This document shows, piece by piece, positions 7,552 to 14,321 of a stretch of 32,000 nucleotides of DNA. The DNA is from Acaryochloris thomasi RCC1774 (GTDB taxonomy: Bacteria > Cyanobacteriota > Cyanobacteriia > Thermosynechococcales > Thermosynechococcaceae), in NCBI RefSeq assembly GCF_003231495.1, contig NZ_PQWO01000002.1, forward strand, positions 90,001 through 122,000, given 5' to 3'. A program made the translations under genes and the position numbers. Position 1 is the first letter of the stretch. Each line of letters begins with the position of its first letter. A model generated the notes under the pieces. The model was not told the DNA's origin. It did not search any database and saw only the letters and a list, made by a program, of their open reading frames with translations.

Positions 7552-7872
7552 TTAACCCATGCCGCAGGCGGGACAATTACCGTCGAAGCTGTGGCGAGGA
7601 TCCTCTAGCTGATAGAGGGGAGTTGTCAGTGGGACTTTAGGCTGTTCTACTTGGGGCGTTGGCTGTTCGGCTCTCGTCGATTCGACCTTGGCTGTGATCG
7701 CCTCTATCTCTTCTGAGGTGATTGGCGCTTGCGAGTGGCGTTCGGTGACTTTAGCGGCAGGGGGCTGATGATTTTGAGGTGGCTCACTCAGTCGTGGCTT
7801 GGCCTGTGTGCTCCCGACAAAGCTCAATAGAGGCAACAGGCTTAGCAGGGCGGGCAAAGAAAGTGATTTCAT
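7552..7872 (-). CDS. Secreted small protein, candidate MNIO precursor peptide A1 (106 aa) ending in NCPACGMG
   Basis: MKSLSLPALLSLLPLLSFVGSTQA|KPRL..., a Sec-type signal peptide with an AxA-like site. A Cys-free Pro/Glu/Gln-rich linker follows, then the C-terminus EDPRHSFDGNCPACGMG*. It is the first gene of the minus-strand operon. Confidence 0.65.
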   Translation of the reverse strand: MKSLSLPALLSLLPLLSFVGSTQAKPRLSEPPQNHQPPAAKVTERHSQAPITSEEIEAITAKVESTRAEQPTPQVEQPKVPLTTPLYQLEDPRHSFDGNCPACGMG

Positions 7873-7907
7873 GGGCAGCGTCTCTTCAGGAGGGCTTGAG
7901 TACTTTT

Positions 7908-7913
7908 ATTCTA
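7908..7913 (-). promoter_or_regulatory. Candidate -10 box (TAGAAT on the minus strand) for the precursor/MNIO operon
   Basis: The minus strand reads ...CCCCATAGAATAAAAGTACTC..., with the hexamer 36-41 nt upstream of the A1 ATG. I saw no convincing -35 box. Confidence 0.25.
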
Positions 7914-7973
7914 TGGGGGTGCTTCCATTACTGCTGTTGTGGTTTCACTTTTAGTAACTGCTTTTCTTCTTTG

Positions 7974-7992
7974 CGATCTCTAAAGGAGATCG
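7974..7992. promoter_or_regulatory. Inverted repeat CGATCTC-N5-GAGATCG in the divergent intergenic region (candidate operator)
   Basis: Perfect 7-bp arms with the 5-nt spacer TAAAG. The site lies about 100 nt upstream of the A1 ATG and about 55 nt upstream of the phosphohexomutase ATG. Confidence 0.25.
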
Positions 7993-8047
7993 TTGAGTAG
8001 GAATGCATTAAGGTGAACTGAAGGTAAGCGTCTATCCCCGGCCCACC

Positions 8048-9571
8048 ATGCAAAACTTCAACTGGCATCAGCTTCAAAACGGTTCAGATATTCGTGGGGT
8101 TGCCCTCGATGGCGTGGCGGGCGAAGCTATTAATCTGACTCCCGAAGCGACCACCATGCTCGGGAAAGCCTTTGTGAGCTGGTTGGCTGAGCAGGTGAAT
8201 AAACCGGCTGCTGATTTGGTTATTTCTATTGGTCGAGATAGTCGCCTATCGGGGCCTGACCTAAAGCAGGGACTTATTTCAGGGATTACGGCAATGGGGA
8301 GTCGGGGCTATGATTTTGAACTGGCTTCGACGCCCGCGATGTTCATGAGCACGGTGACGGATGGCTTCAACTGTGATGGAGCGATTATGCTGACGGCGAG
8401 CCACCTCCCTTTTAACCGCAATGGCCTCAAGTTCTTCACGACTCAGGGGGGCTTAGGCAAGCCTGATATTAGCGCGATTCTTGCTTTGGCCGAGGCCGAT
8501 GCGTTTACGACGGCGGCTCAGGCTGGAACCGTTGAGCCACGGGATTTTATGGGTGTTTATGCCCAGCAGCTTGTGCAAACGATTCGCAAGGGCGTTGATC
8601 ATCCTCAGCAGTATGAGCAGCCGCTGCAGGGTCTTAAGATTGTGGTGGATGCAGGGAATGGCGCTGGAGGATTTTTTGCGGAGCACGTCCTGCAGCCGTT
8701 GGGGGCTGATACCACCGGTAGCCAATTTTTAGAGCCAGACGGGACGTTCCCGAATCATATTCCCAACCCTGAAGATGGAGATGCGATCGCATCCCTAAAA
8801 AAAGCCGTCACCACCCACAACGCCGACTTTGGCATCATTTTCGATACTGATGTTGATCGTTCAGGGGCTGTCGATCATACCGGCCAAGAACTCAACCGCA
8901 ACCGGTTAATTGCCCTGATGTCCGCCATCGTCTTGAAAGAGCATCCCGGCTCCAGCATCGTCACCGACTCGATCACCTCCGATGGATTGACCCAATTTAT
9001 CGAGCAACAATTAGGGGGGCAGCATCATCGCTTTAAGCGGGGTTATAAAAACGTAATTAACGAAGCTATCCGACTCAATCAATCAGGCCAAGACGCTTGG
9101 CTAGCCATCGAAACTTCAGGCCACGGAGCTATGAAAGCCAACTACTTCCTTGATGATGGTGCCTACCTGATCAGCCAGCTCCTGATTGAACTTGCCAAAG
9201 CAAAGCAGTCTGGGCAAGCGCTCTCCGATTTAATTTCTACGCTACAGGAACCGACAGAAAGCCAAGAGCTACGCATCGAAATTACTGCGGATGATTTCAA
9301 AGCCTGTGGCAATCAGGTGATCGAAAAACTTCAGGCCTTTGCTGCTCAACAAGCAGACTGGACCTTGGTCCCCAACAACTATGAAGGGGTTCGGATTGCC
9401 TGTACATCGCCTTCAGAAGCAGGCTGGTTCCTCCTGCGTCTCTCGCTTCATGATCCGGTTTTGCCGCTCAATATCGAGTCAAATGTCACGGGTGGGGTGG
9501 CTCAAATTGCTCTACGACTGATGGCCTGCTTGCAAAAGTTTGAATCTCTAGATATCCCACCCATCACTTAA
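8048..9571 (+). CDS. alpha-D-phosphohexomutase family protein (phosphomannomutase/phosphoglucomutase type)
   Basis: 507 aa. N-terminal GSDIRGVA, active-site serine loop TASHLPFNRNG, metal loop FDTDVDRSG, and sugar- and phosphate-binding loops (ETSGHGA, RLSLHDP). Substrate specificity cannot be read from the sequence. Confidence 0.85.
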   Translation: MQNFNWHQLQNGSDIRGVALDGVAGEAINLTPEATTMLGKAFVSWLAEQVNKPAADLVISIGRDSRLSGPDLKQGLISGITAMGSRGYDFELASTPAMFMSTVTDGFNCDGAIMLTASHLPFNRNGLKFFTTQGGLGKPDISAILALAEADAFTTAAQAGTVEPRDFMGVYAQQLVQTIRKGVDHPQQYEQPLQGLKIVVDAGNGAGGFFAEHVLQPLGADTTGSQFLEPDGTFPNHIPNPEDGDAIASLKKAVTTHNADFGIIFDTDVDRSGAVDHTGQELNRNRLIALMSAIVLKEHPGSSIVTDSITSDGLTQFIEQQLGGQHHRFKRGYKNVINEAIRLNQSGQDAWLAIETSGHGAMKANYFLDDGAYLISQLLIELAKAKQSGQALSDLISTLQEPTESQELRIEITADDFKACGNQVIEKLQAFAAQQADWTLVPNNYEGVRIACTSPSEAGWFLLRLSLHDPVLPLNIESNVTGGVAQIALRLMACLQKFESLDIPPIT

Positions 9572-10205
9572 ACCGCAGGTGAACAAGCTAGCGCGGCGCT
9601 GCAAAGCAACGGTTGTGTTGAGATTTGATGACATTCCTGACGTTTGATCAGGGGCATGCAGGCTCCTGTTTAGCAATGGGCGCATGGCAGAAAAAATTGG
9701 CTTCGATCTGATCACGAACCGGGCTGTGTTTTGAGTGCACCCAGAGTCTAGATCTCTGCTGCTAGAGCCTGTACCGTCCCTGAGGCAATTGTTGACGATA
9801 GGGTCTGAGCGATGAGAGAGACTGGGCACAAGATGCTGAGAATCTTATAGCGAGAGATCTCTCGGGGCCAGCCACCCGCTAACTTGAGTGCGTATTTTGT
9901 CCCCATCATGATGACGATTGTCAACTAGATTCTGCCAGAGAAAAGTTACACCCCTCACTAAAGGTGGGCACTCTACTAATAGAGAGCTAAAACTCCAGAC
10001 AGATTATTCAAGTTAGGCGCATACGCACACTGTAGTCAACAAGTGGCTGAATACAGTCGTTCCATTGCAGACGTCTATGTTCTAAGACCCCTGTAGCAGA
10101 GTTTAAAGAGTCAATCACAAAGACTTGGGAACCCAAAAAACAGGCTCTTTACGTCCCACTAACTGCTGTCAAGGTATTCCGCGAAGTCAGCCCCTGTAAT
10201 CGCCC

Positions 10206-11378
10206 ATGATTCAACAAGCACCCACCCAGCAAGAGACCTTTGCCTTCGGTCCTCAAGAGCTTTCCCAAAAGCTCCTGCGGCTGCCCCATACTGAAACATC
10301 TGGCTATTGGAAAATTAGCTTTGACCGATTGGCCCATAAAAATCATCACTGGTATATTGGCCTATCTGCCAATCAAGAGGTCTGTTATACAGGGACACAG
10401 CCTTTCTCCTGTCAGACGCTGCTCAAGATAATCAAGCGCTATTTACCGCAGTCTCGTCGGGAGCCGACGCGGTCTTTTCTTGCGGGGCTGCACAAGACGA
10501 GCAAAGAACAATCATTATCGACTGTAGACACGATTGAAGAGCTGATTCAGATGAATATTCTGGATCTCAAGCAGCTAGCAGACATCCTGCGCTCGAAAAT
10601 TCTCGCTGATTTTGAGCTGTATCTCTCGATTGGGGCTGGAGGGGCTGTCTTTGTCCCTGACGAGTCTCTATCGACACAGATTCCCGTCCCTGGCTTGCCG
10701 ATAGAGACGCTTCTCAAACAGACTCAGCAGCGGCAGGTTCAGTGGCAGCGCGTCAAGCAGATTGTGCCGTCTATGAACGTGATTCCGATTTTAGATACAG
10801 AGCGCCTAGAGCAGTCTGAGCTACCTGAATCCCAGCGTCAGTGGCTAAAAGGCGTTGTTCGTTCGGGCAAAACCCTCAACGACATTAGCGTACTGGTTGC
10901 CAAAGATGTCTTAGAAATTGCCACCGCATTCGCAAAATTTATGCAGGCGGGCGTGATTCGACTGGACTCTGCAACGCAGTCTGAGCCTGGGACGGTGATG
11001 ATTATTGATGATTCACCGATGGTGCTCATGCAGTTTCAGCGCTTGGTTACGGCGTTGGGGCATCCTGTTGTTGTGAATCAAGAAGTTGAGAAATCAATTC
11101 CCATGATTTCTCAGGTTAAGCCTGCCATTATCTTCATCGATATCAATATGCCCGGCATTTCTGGTTTTGAGCTGGTCAAGCAAATTCGGCAGACCCCTGA
11201 GATTGCTTCGATTCCACTGGTTATTTTGACGGGCGAGCAAAAGCTGTCCAACAAGTGGCGTGCCCAGTGGAGTGGCTGTGACTTTCTAACGAAGCCACTG
11301 TCAATGAACGAAATCAATCAGTTTCAGGTTGCTCTACAGGAAAAACTTGAAACGGTGATGTCGACTGCGTCTGTTTAA
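10206..11378 (+). CDS. PatA-type response regulator (N-terminal PATAN-like domain plus C-terminal receiver), PilG/PixG/TaxP class
   Basis: 390 aa. C-terminal REC domain: VMIIDDSPMV...IIFIDINMPGISGFELVKQIR...LVILTGEQ...FLTKP. The roughly 260-aa N-terminal domain is typical of cyanobacterial PatA-like regulators. It is the first gene of the chemotaxis-like operon. Confidence 0.8.
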   Translation: MIQQAPTQQETFAFGPQELSQKLLRLPHTETSGYWKISFDRLAHKNHHWYIGLSANQEVCYTGTQPFSCQTLLKIIKRYLPQSRREPTRSFLAGLHKTSKEQSLSTVDTIEELIQMNILDLKQLADILRSKILADFELYLSIGAGGAVFVPDESLSTQIPVPGLPIETLLKQTQQRQVQWQRVKQIVPSMNVIPILDTERLEQSELPESQRQWLKGVVRSGKTLNDISVLVAKDVLEIATAFAKFMQAGVIRLDSATQSEPGTVMIIDDSPMVLMQFQRLVTALGHPVVVNQEVEKSIPMISQVKPAIIFIDINMPGISGFELVKQIRQTPEIASIPLVILTGEQKLSNKWRAQWSGCDFLTKPLSMNEINQFQVALQEKLETVMSTASV

Positions 11379-11417
11379 GTCTTCCTATCCCTCTACCCCC
11401 CTACCCTGGAGAATATT

Positions 11418-11780
11418 ATGCGATTTCTAATCATTGACGATAGCTCTGTTGATCGTCATTTCTTAGCCAAGCTGTTAGAAACAATTGGTCATGATGTTGA
11501 TCAATGTGATACCCCCAAAGAAGCATTGAGCTTAGTCGAATCGGGTGAGTATGACTTAGTCTTTTTAGACGTTGTGATGCCGGAGCAGGATGGCTACAAG
11601 TTTTTGCGAGAGCTTCGGATGAATCCGACAACGGCAAATCAGTATGTTGTCTTCTGCTCTAGCAAGAAAACGCCCCTAGAAATCAACTACGGTCTCAAGC
11701 GAGCCGGAGCCAATGACTACTTAACGAAGCCGGTCTCCCGCGAAACGGTTGAGCAGGTACTAGAGCGCGTTGCCGCTTAA
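11418..11780 (+). CDS. CheY-like single-domain response regulator (PilH/PixH class)
   Basis: 120 aa: MRFLIIDDSSVDR...LVFLDVVMPEQDGYKFLRELR...VVFCSSK...YLTKP. The acidic pocket, phospho-acceptor Asp and conserved Lys are all present. Confidence 0.9.
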   Translation: MRFLIIDDSSVDRHFLAKLLETIGHDVDQCDTPKEALSLVESGEYDLVFLDVVMPEQDGYKFLRELRMNPTTANQYVVFCSSKKTPLEINYGLKRAGANDYLTKPVSRETVEQVLERVAA

Positions 11781-11791
11781 AGGAGAATTCT

Positions 11792-12256
11792 ATGTCTGCC
11801 GTTGCAGAACGTCCTTCAACAGCGTTGGAACAGCGTTTGGTCTTAGCCCAAGTTGGAGCTTTTACCCTGGCAATTCCCGCATTATGGGTGTCTGAGATTG
11901 CTCGCTTTGAGCCATCTCAGATGCTGGAACTTCCCTTTTACCCGTCCCCGCTCATGGGCCTCATGCACCAAGGCGGACAAGTTGTACCTCTTGTGTCGGC
12001 GGCTCAACTGCTGCAGCAAGAGCGGCAAATGCGTCAAGAGCGACCCACCGTTATTTGCCTAGGAGAAGCGGCTGAGTCACTGAATCAAGTCGGAATTGTT
12101 GTGGATAAGATTCTGGGCAGTACAACCCACTCTGAAGTACCGGCGACGCTCTTCGAGCCGATTGATGTCTCAGCGTTGGGCTCTGAACAGATGGTTCTTC
12201 TGAGCCAGGAATGGTTCTCTTCAGATGTCTGGAAGCCCCAGCAGTGGGCGATTTAA
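11792..12256 (+). CDS. CheW-like coupling protein (PilI/PixI class)
   Basis: 154 aa, with single CheW-domain size and pattern (FTLAIPALWVSEIARF...GLMHQGGQVVPLVS...VGIVVDKILG). It sits between the CheY and MCP genes, 11 nt after the CheY stop. Confidence 0.8.
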   Translation: MSAVAERPSTALEQRLVLAQVGAFTLAIPALWVSEIARFEPSQMLELPFYPSPLMGLMHQGGQVVPLVSAAQLLQQERQMRQERPTVICLGEAAESLNQVGIVVDKILGSTTHSEVPATLFEPIDVSALGSEQMVLLSQEWFSSDVWKPQQWAI

Positions 12257-12364
12257 ATAACTGCAACTGTCCAAACCGTCATTCTAAAATCTTGCCTTTT
12301 TACCTACCTGATCGCTGATTCTGTGATCGGGAAACTCATCTAGCCGTTTTCCCTTTGTTTCGCC

Positions 12365-14278
12365 ATGAATACCCTAGAGTCTCAAGATAACCTCCAGCTT
12401 ACAACTGTTGAGCCGACCACGCCTGTGGGAAAGCTGCGGCAATATGTGCGCTCCCATCTGCTCGGAACGATGGGAGTCACTGTGGCCGGTAGTGTTGTCC
12501 TCACCTTTGTCTCCGTTGGGAATATGGTCCGCACCTATCAAGGATTCCAGTCGACGGTTAATAAGCAGTTTGAACTCCAGAAGCAAGCAGATAAAATCAC
12601 CTATGCTGACGAAGTTCTAACGATGTCGTCTCGGATGGCGGCCAGTACCGGCGATCTGAAGTGGGAAGAGCGCTATAACAATTTTGTGCCGCTGCTAGAT
12701 GATGCGATCGCAAACACCCTAGATAATGTCACCGACGAGATTCGGGCTGAGGCCAGCAAAACCGACGCTGCCAACCAAGCCCTGATTGAAATGGAAACTC
12801 AGGCCTTTGAACTCGTTCGGGCTGGTCGAGCATCTGAAGCTCTTCAGCTTTTGCTGGGACCGGAATACGGTGAGCAGAAAACAATCTATGCCGAAGGGAA
12901 TGCGCGTGTCCTAGCTGACGTAGAGGCTTTTATTGATGCACAGCTAGAGAGCTATCGCCAGGGCTTCCGGGCCTCCATCGGTTTTTCTGTCGGTACGCTG
13001 TCACTGTTAATGATTGCCTGGGTGCTGGTGTTATCTGCCGTTCGAGACTACATTCGAGATCGTATCAGAGCCCAGTCCGCGCTCAAGCAGTCACAGTCTG
13101 AACTCTCCGCCATTAACAACGAACTCCGTCAAGAAGCAGAGGCTCGCCGCCAGCAGGAAGAAAAAATCAGAGCTGAAAGTGAGCAACTGCAAGAGGATAT
13201 CGGTGAACTGCTAGATGTGGTGTGTGACATCGAAGAAGGCGATCTAACCGTTCAAGCCAAAGTGAACGACCGAGCCACCGGGTTGGTTAGCGACACGCTC
13301 AATCGTCTGGTTGAATCGCTAGGCAGTATTCTGCAGCAGGTAGATGCTAACACTCAAGAGGTCTCGCTCAGTGGTCAGCGCCATAAGCGGATTGCGGCAG
13401 TGGTTGCTGAAAGCACCGAGCAACAGACTCAGGCTGTTAATAAAGCCCTTGAACTGACCACGATCGTACAGAAAGCCGCTAACAGCGCTGCAGATCAGCT
13501 CGATACGACGAAGCAATCTCTATTGACGCTCCAGGGAACGGTCGTCAACGGCCAAGCCACAATGCAGCACTTGACCGCAGACATTGATGTTCTTCGGCAG
13601 GGAAGCGATCGCATCGTCCAGCAGATGAAGACTTTGGGTGAATTTGTCGGTCAAACCGATCAGTTTGTGCTTGACCAGAGTGAAATTGCCGCAGAAACGC
13701 AGGTTCTGGCCCTCAATGCTTCCTTGGTGGCGGCCCGAGCGGCTGAACAGCGTGATCCGCAGCAGTTTGCCCGCGTTGCCCGAGATTTTGAATTAATCGC
13801 CAACCAGGTCAGTCAGCTGGCCCAGCAGACGAACGACGGACTGAATACCCTAGAGCAGCGTAGCGCTCAAATTCACCAGGTGGTCTCTGACGTCGATGCC
13901 AACGTTCAAAGTCTAGGTGGGCTTGTGGAAGATTTCAATCGAGGCGTACAGCAAACCGACATTGTCTTCCAGGATGTTCAACAGGTTACTGGACAGGCTG
14001 TAGAAGCAGGTGATGTGGTAGCTCAGACGAGCCAAACAATTGTGGGATCCGCTGAAATTACGGCCCAAAGGATGCAGGCCATTGCCGATTTCTCGGCGCA
14101 AATCGCCCAGCAGTCCCAGCATGCTCGAGAGGTGTCAGACACTATGAACACCTTATCGACCGATCTTCTAGAAAAAGTCCAGGTCTTCAAGTTACCTGCC
14201 CAGGCCGAGACTCCAGCTTCTGAGACTCCAGCTTCTGAGGCTGCCGCAACTGAGCTGCCTATCGCTGTCGAAGTCTAA
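12365..14278 (+). CDS. Methyl-accepting chemotaxis-like protein 1: two TM segments, about 170-aa helical extracytoplasmic domain, HAMP-like region, MCP signalling domain
   Basis: 637 aa. TM1 GVTVAGSVVLTFVSVG. TM2 FSVGTLSLLMIAWVLVLSAV. HAMP-like EEGDLTVQAKVNDRATGLVSDTLNRLVESL. Long heptad-rich MCP domain including QVLALNASLVAARAAE. There is no GAF or PAS sensor domain. Confidence 0.85.
   Translation: MNTLESQDNLQLTTVEPTTPVGKLRQYVRSHLLGTMGVTVAGSVVLTFVSVGNMVRTYQGFQSTVNKQFELQKQADKITYADEVLTMSSRMAASTGDLKWEERYNNFVPLLDDAIANTLDNVTDEIRAEASKTDAANQALIEMETQAFELVRAGRASEALQLLLGPEYGEQKTIYAEGNARVLADVEAFIDAQLESYRQGFRASIGFSVGTLSLLMIAWVLVLSAVRDYIRDRIRAQSALKQSQSELSAINNELRQEAEARRQQEEKIRAESEQLQEDIGELLDVVCDIEEGDLTVQAKVNDRATGLVSDTLNRLVESLGSILQQVDANTQEVSLSGQRHKRIAAVVAESTEQQTQAVNKALELTTIVQKAANSAADQLDTTKQSLLTLQGTVVNGQATMQHLTADIDVLRQGSDRIVQQMKTLGEFVGQTDQFVLDQSEIAAETQVLALNASLVAARAAEQRDPQQFARVARDFELIANQVSQLAQQTNDGLNTLEQRSAQIHQVVSDVDANVQSLGGLVEDFNRGVQQTDIVFQDVQQVTGQAVEAGDVVAQTSQTIVGSAEITAQRMQAIADFSAQIAQQSQHAREVSDTMNTLSTDLLEKVQVFKLPAQAETPASETPASEAAATELPIAVEV
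14207..14236 (+). repeat. Perfect 15-bp tandem duplication (GAGACTCCAGCTTCT x2) inside the MCP-1 C-terminal tail
   Basis: Seen directly in the sequence. It encodes ETPAS-ETPAS. Confidence 0.9.
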
Positions 14279-14321
14279 CCACATCTAGTCCCCCACTCAT
14301 CCATTGTTGAAGGTAATAACC

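Noticed and set aside
7505-7576. 24-aa N-terminal extension of precursor A2 (MSRLRHGLTVRRLKSFHSLTPLCS)
   Set aside because: It would bury the signal peptide internally and overlap the A1 stop codon region. ATG 7504 gives a canonical signal peptide parallel to that of A1.
6131-7872. Reading the MNIO locus as a methanobactin (mbn) operon
   Set aside because: There is no MbnC-sized partner, TonB-dependent receptor, MbnT/MbnE, MATE exporter or aminotransferase. The precursors are 3-4 times longer than MbnA and carry Sec signal peptides.
9548-9829. 93-aa minus-strand ORF
   Set aside because: It overlaps the phosphohexomutase stop, has no motif, no RBS and no partner genes, and its composition looks non-coding.
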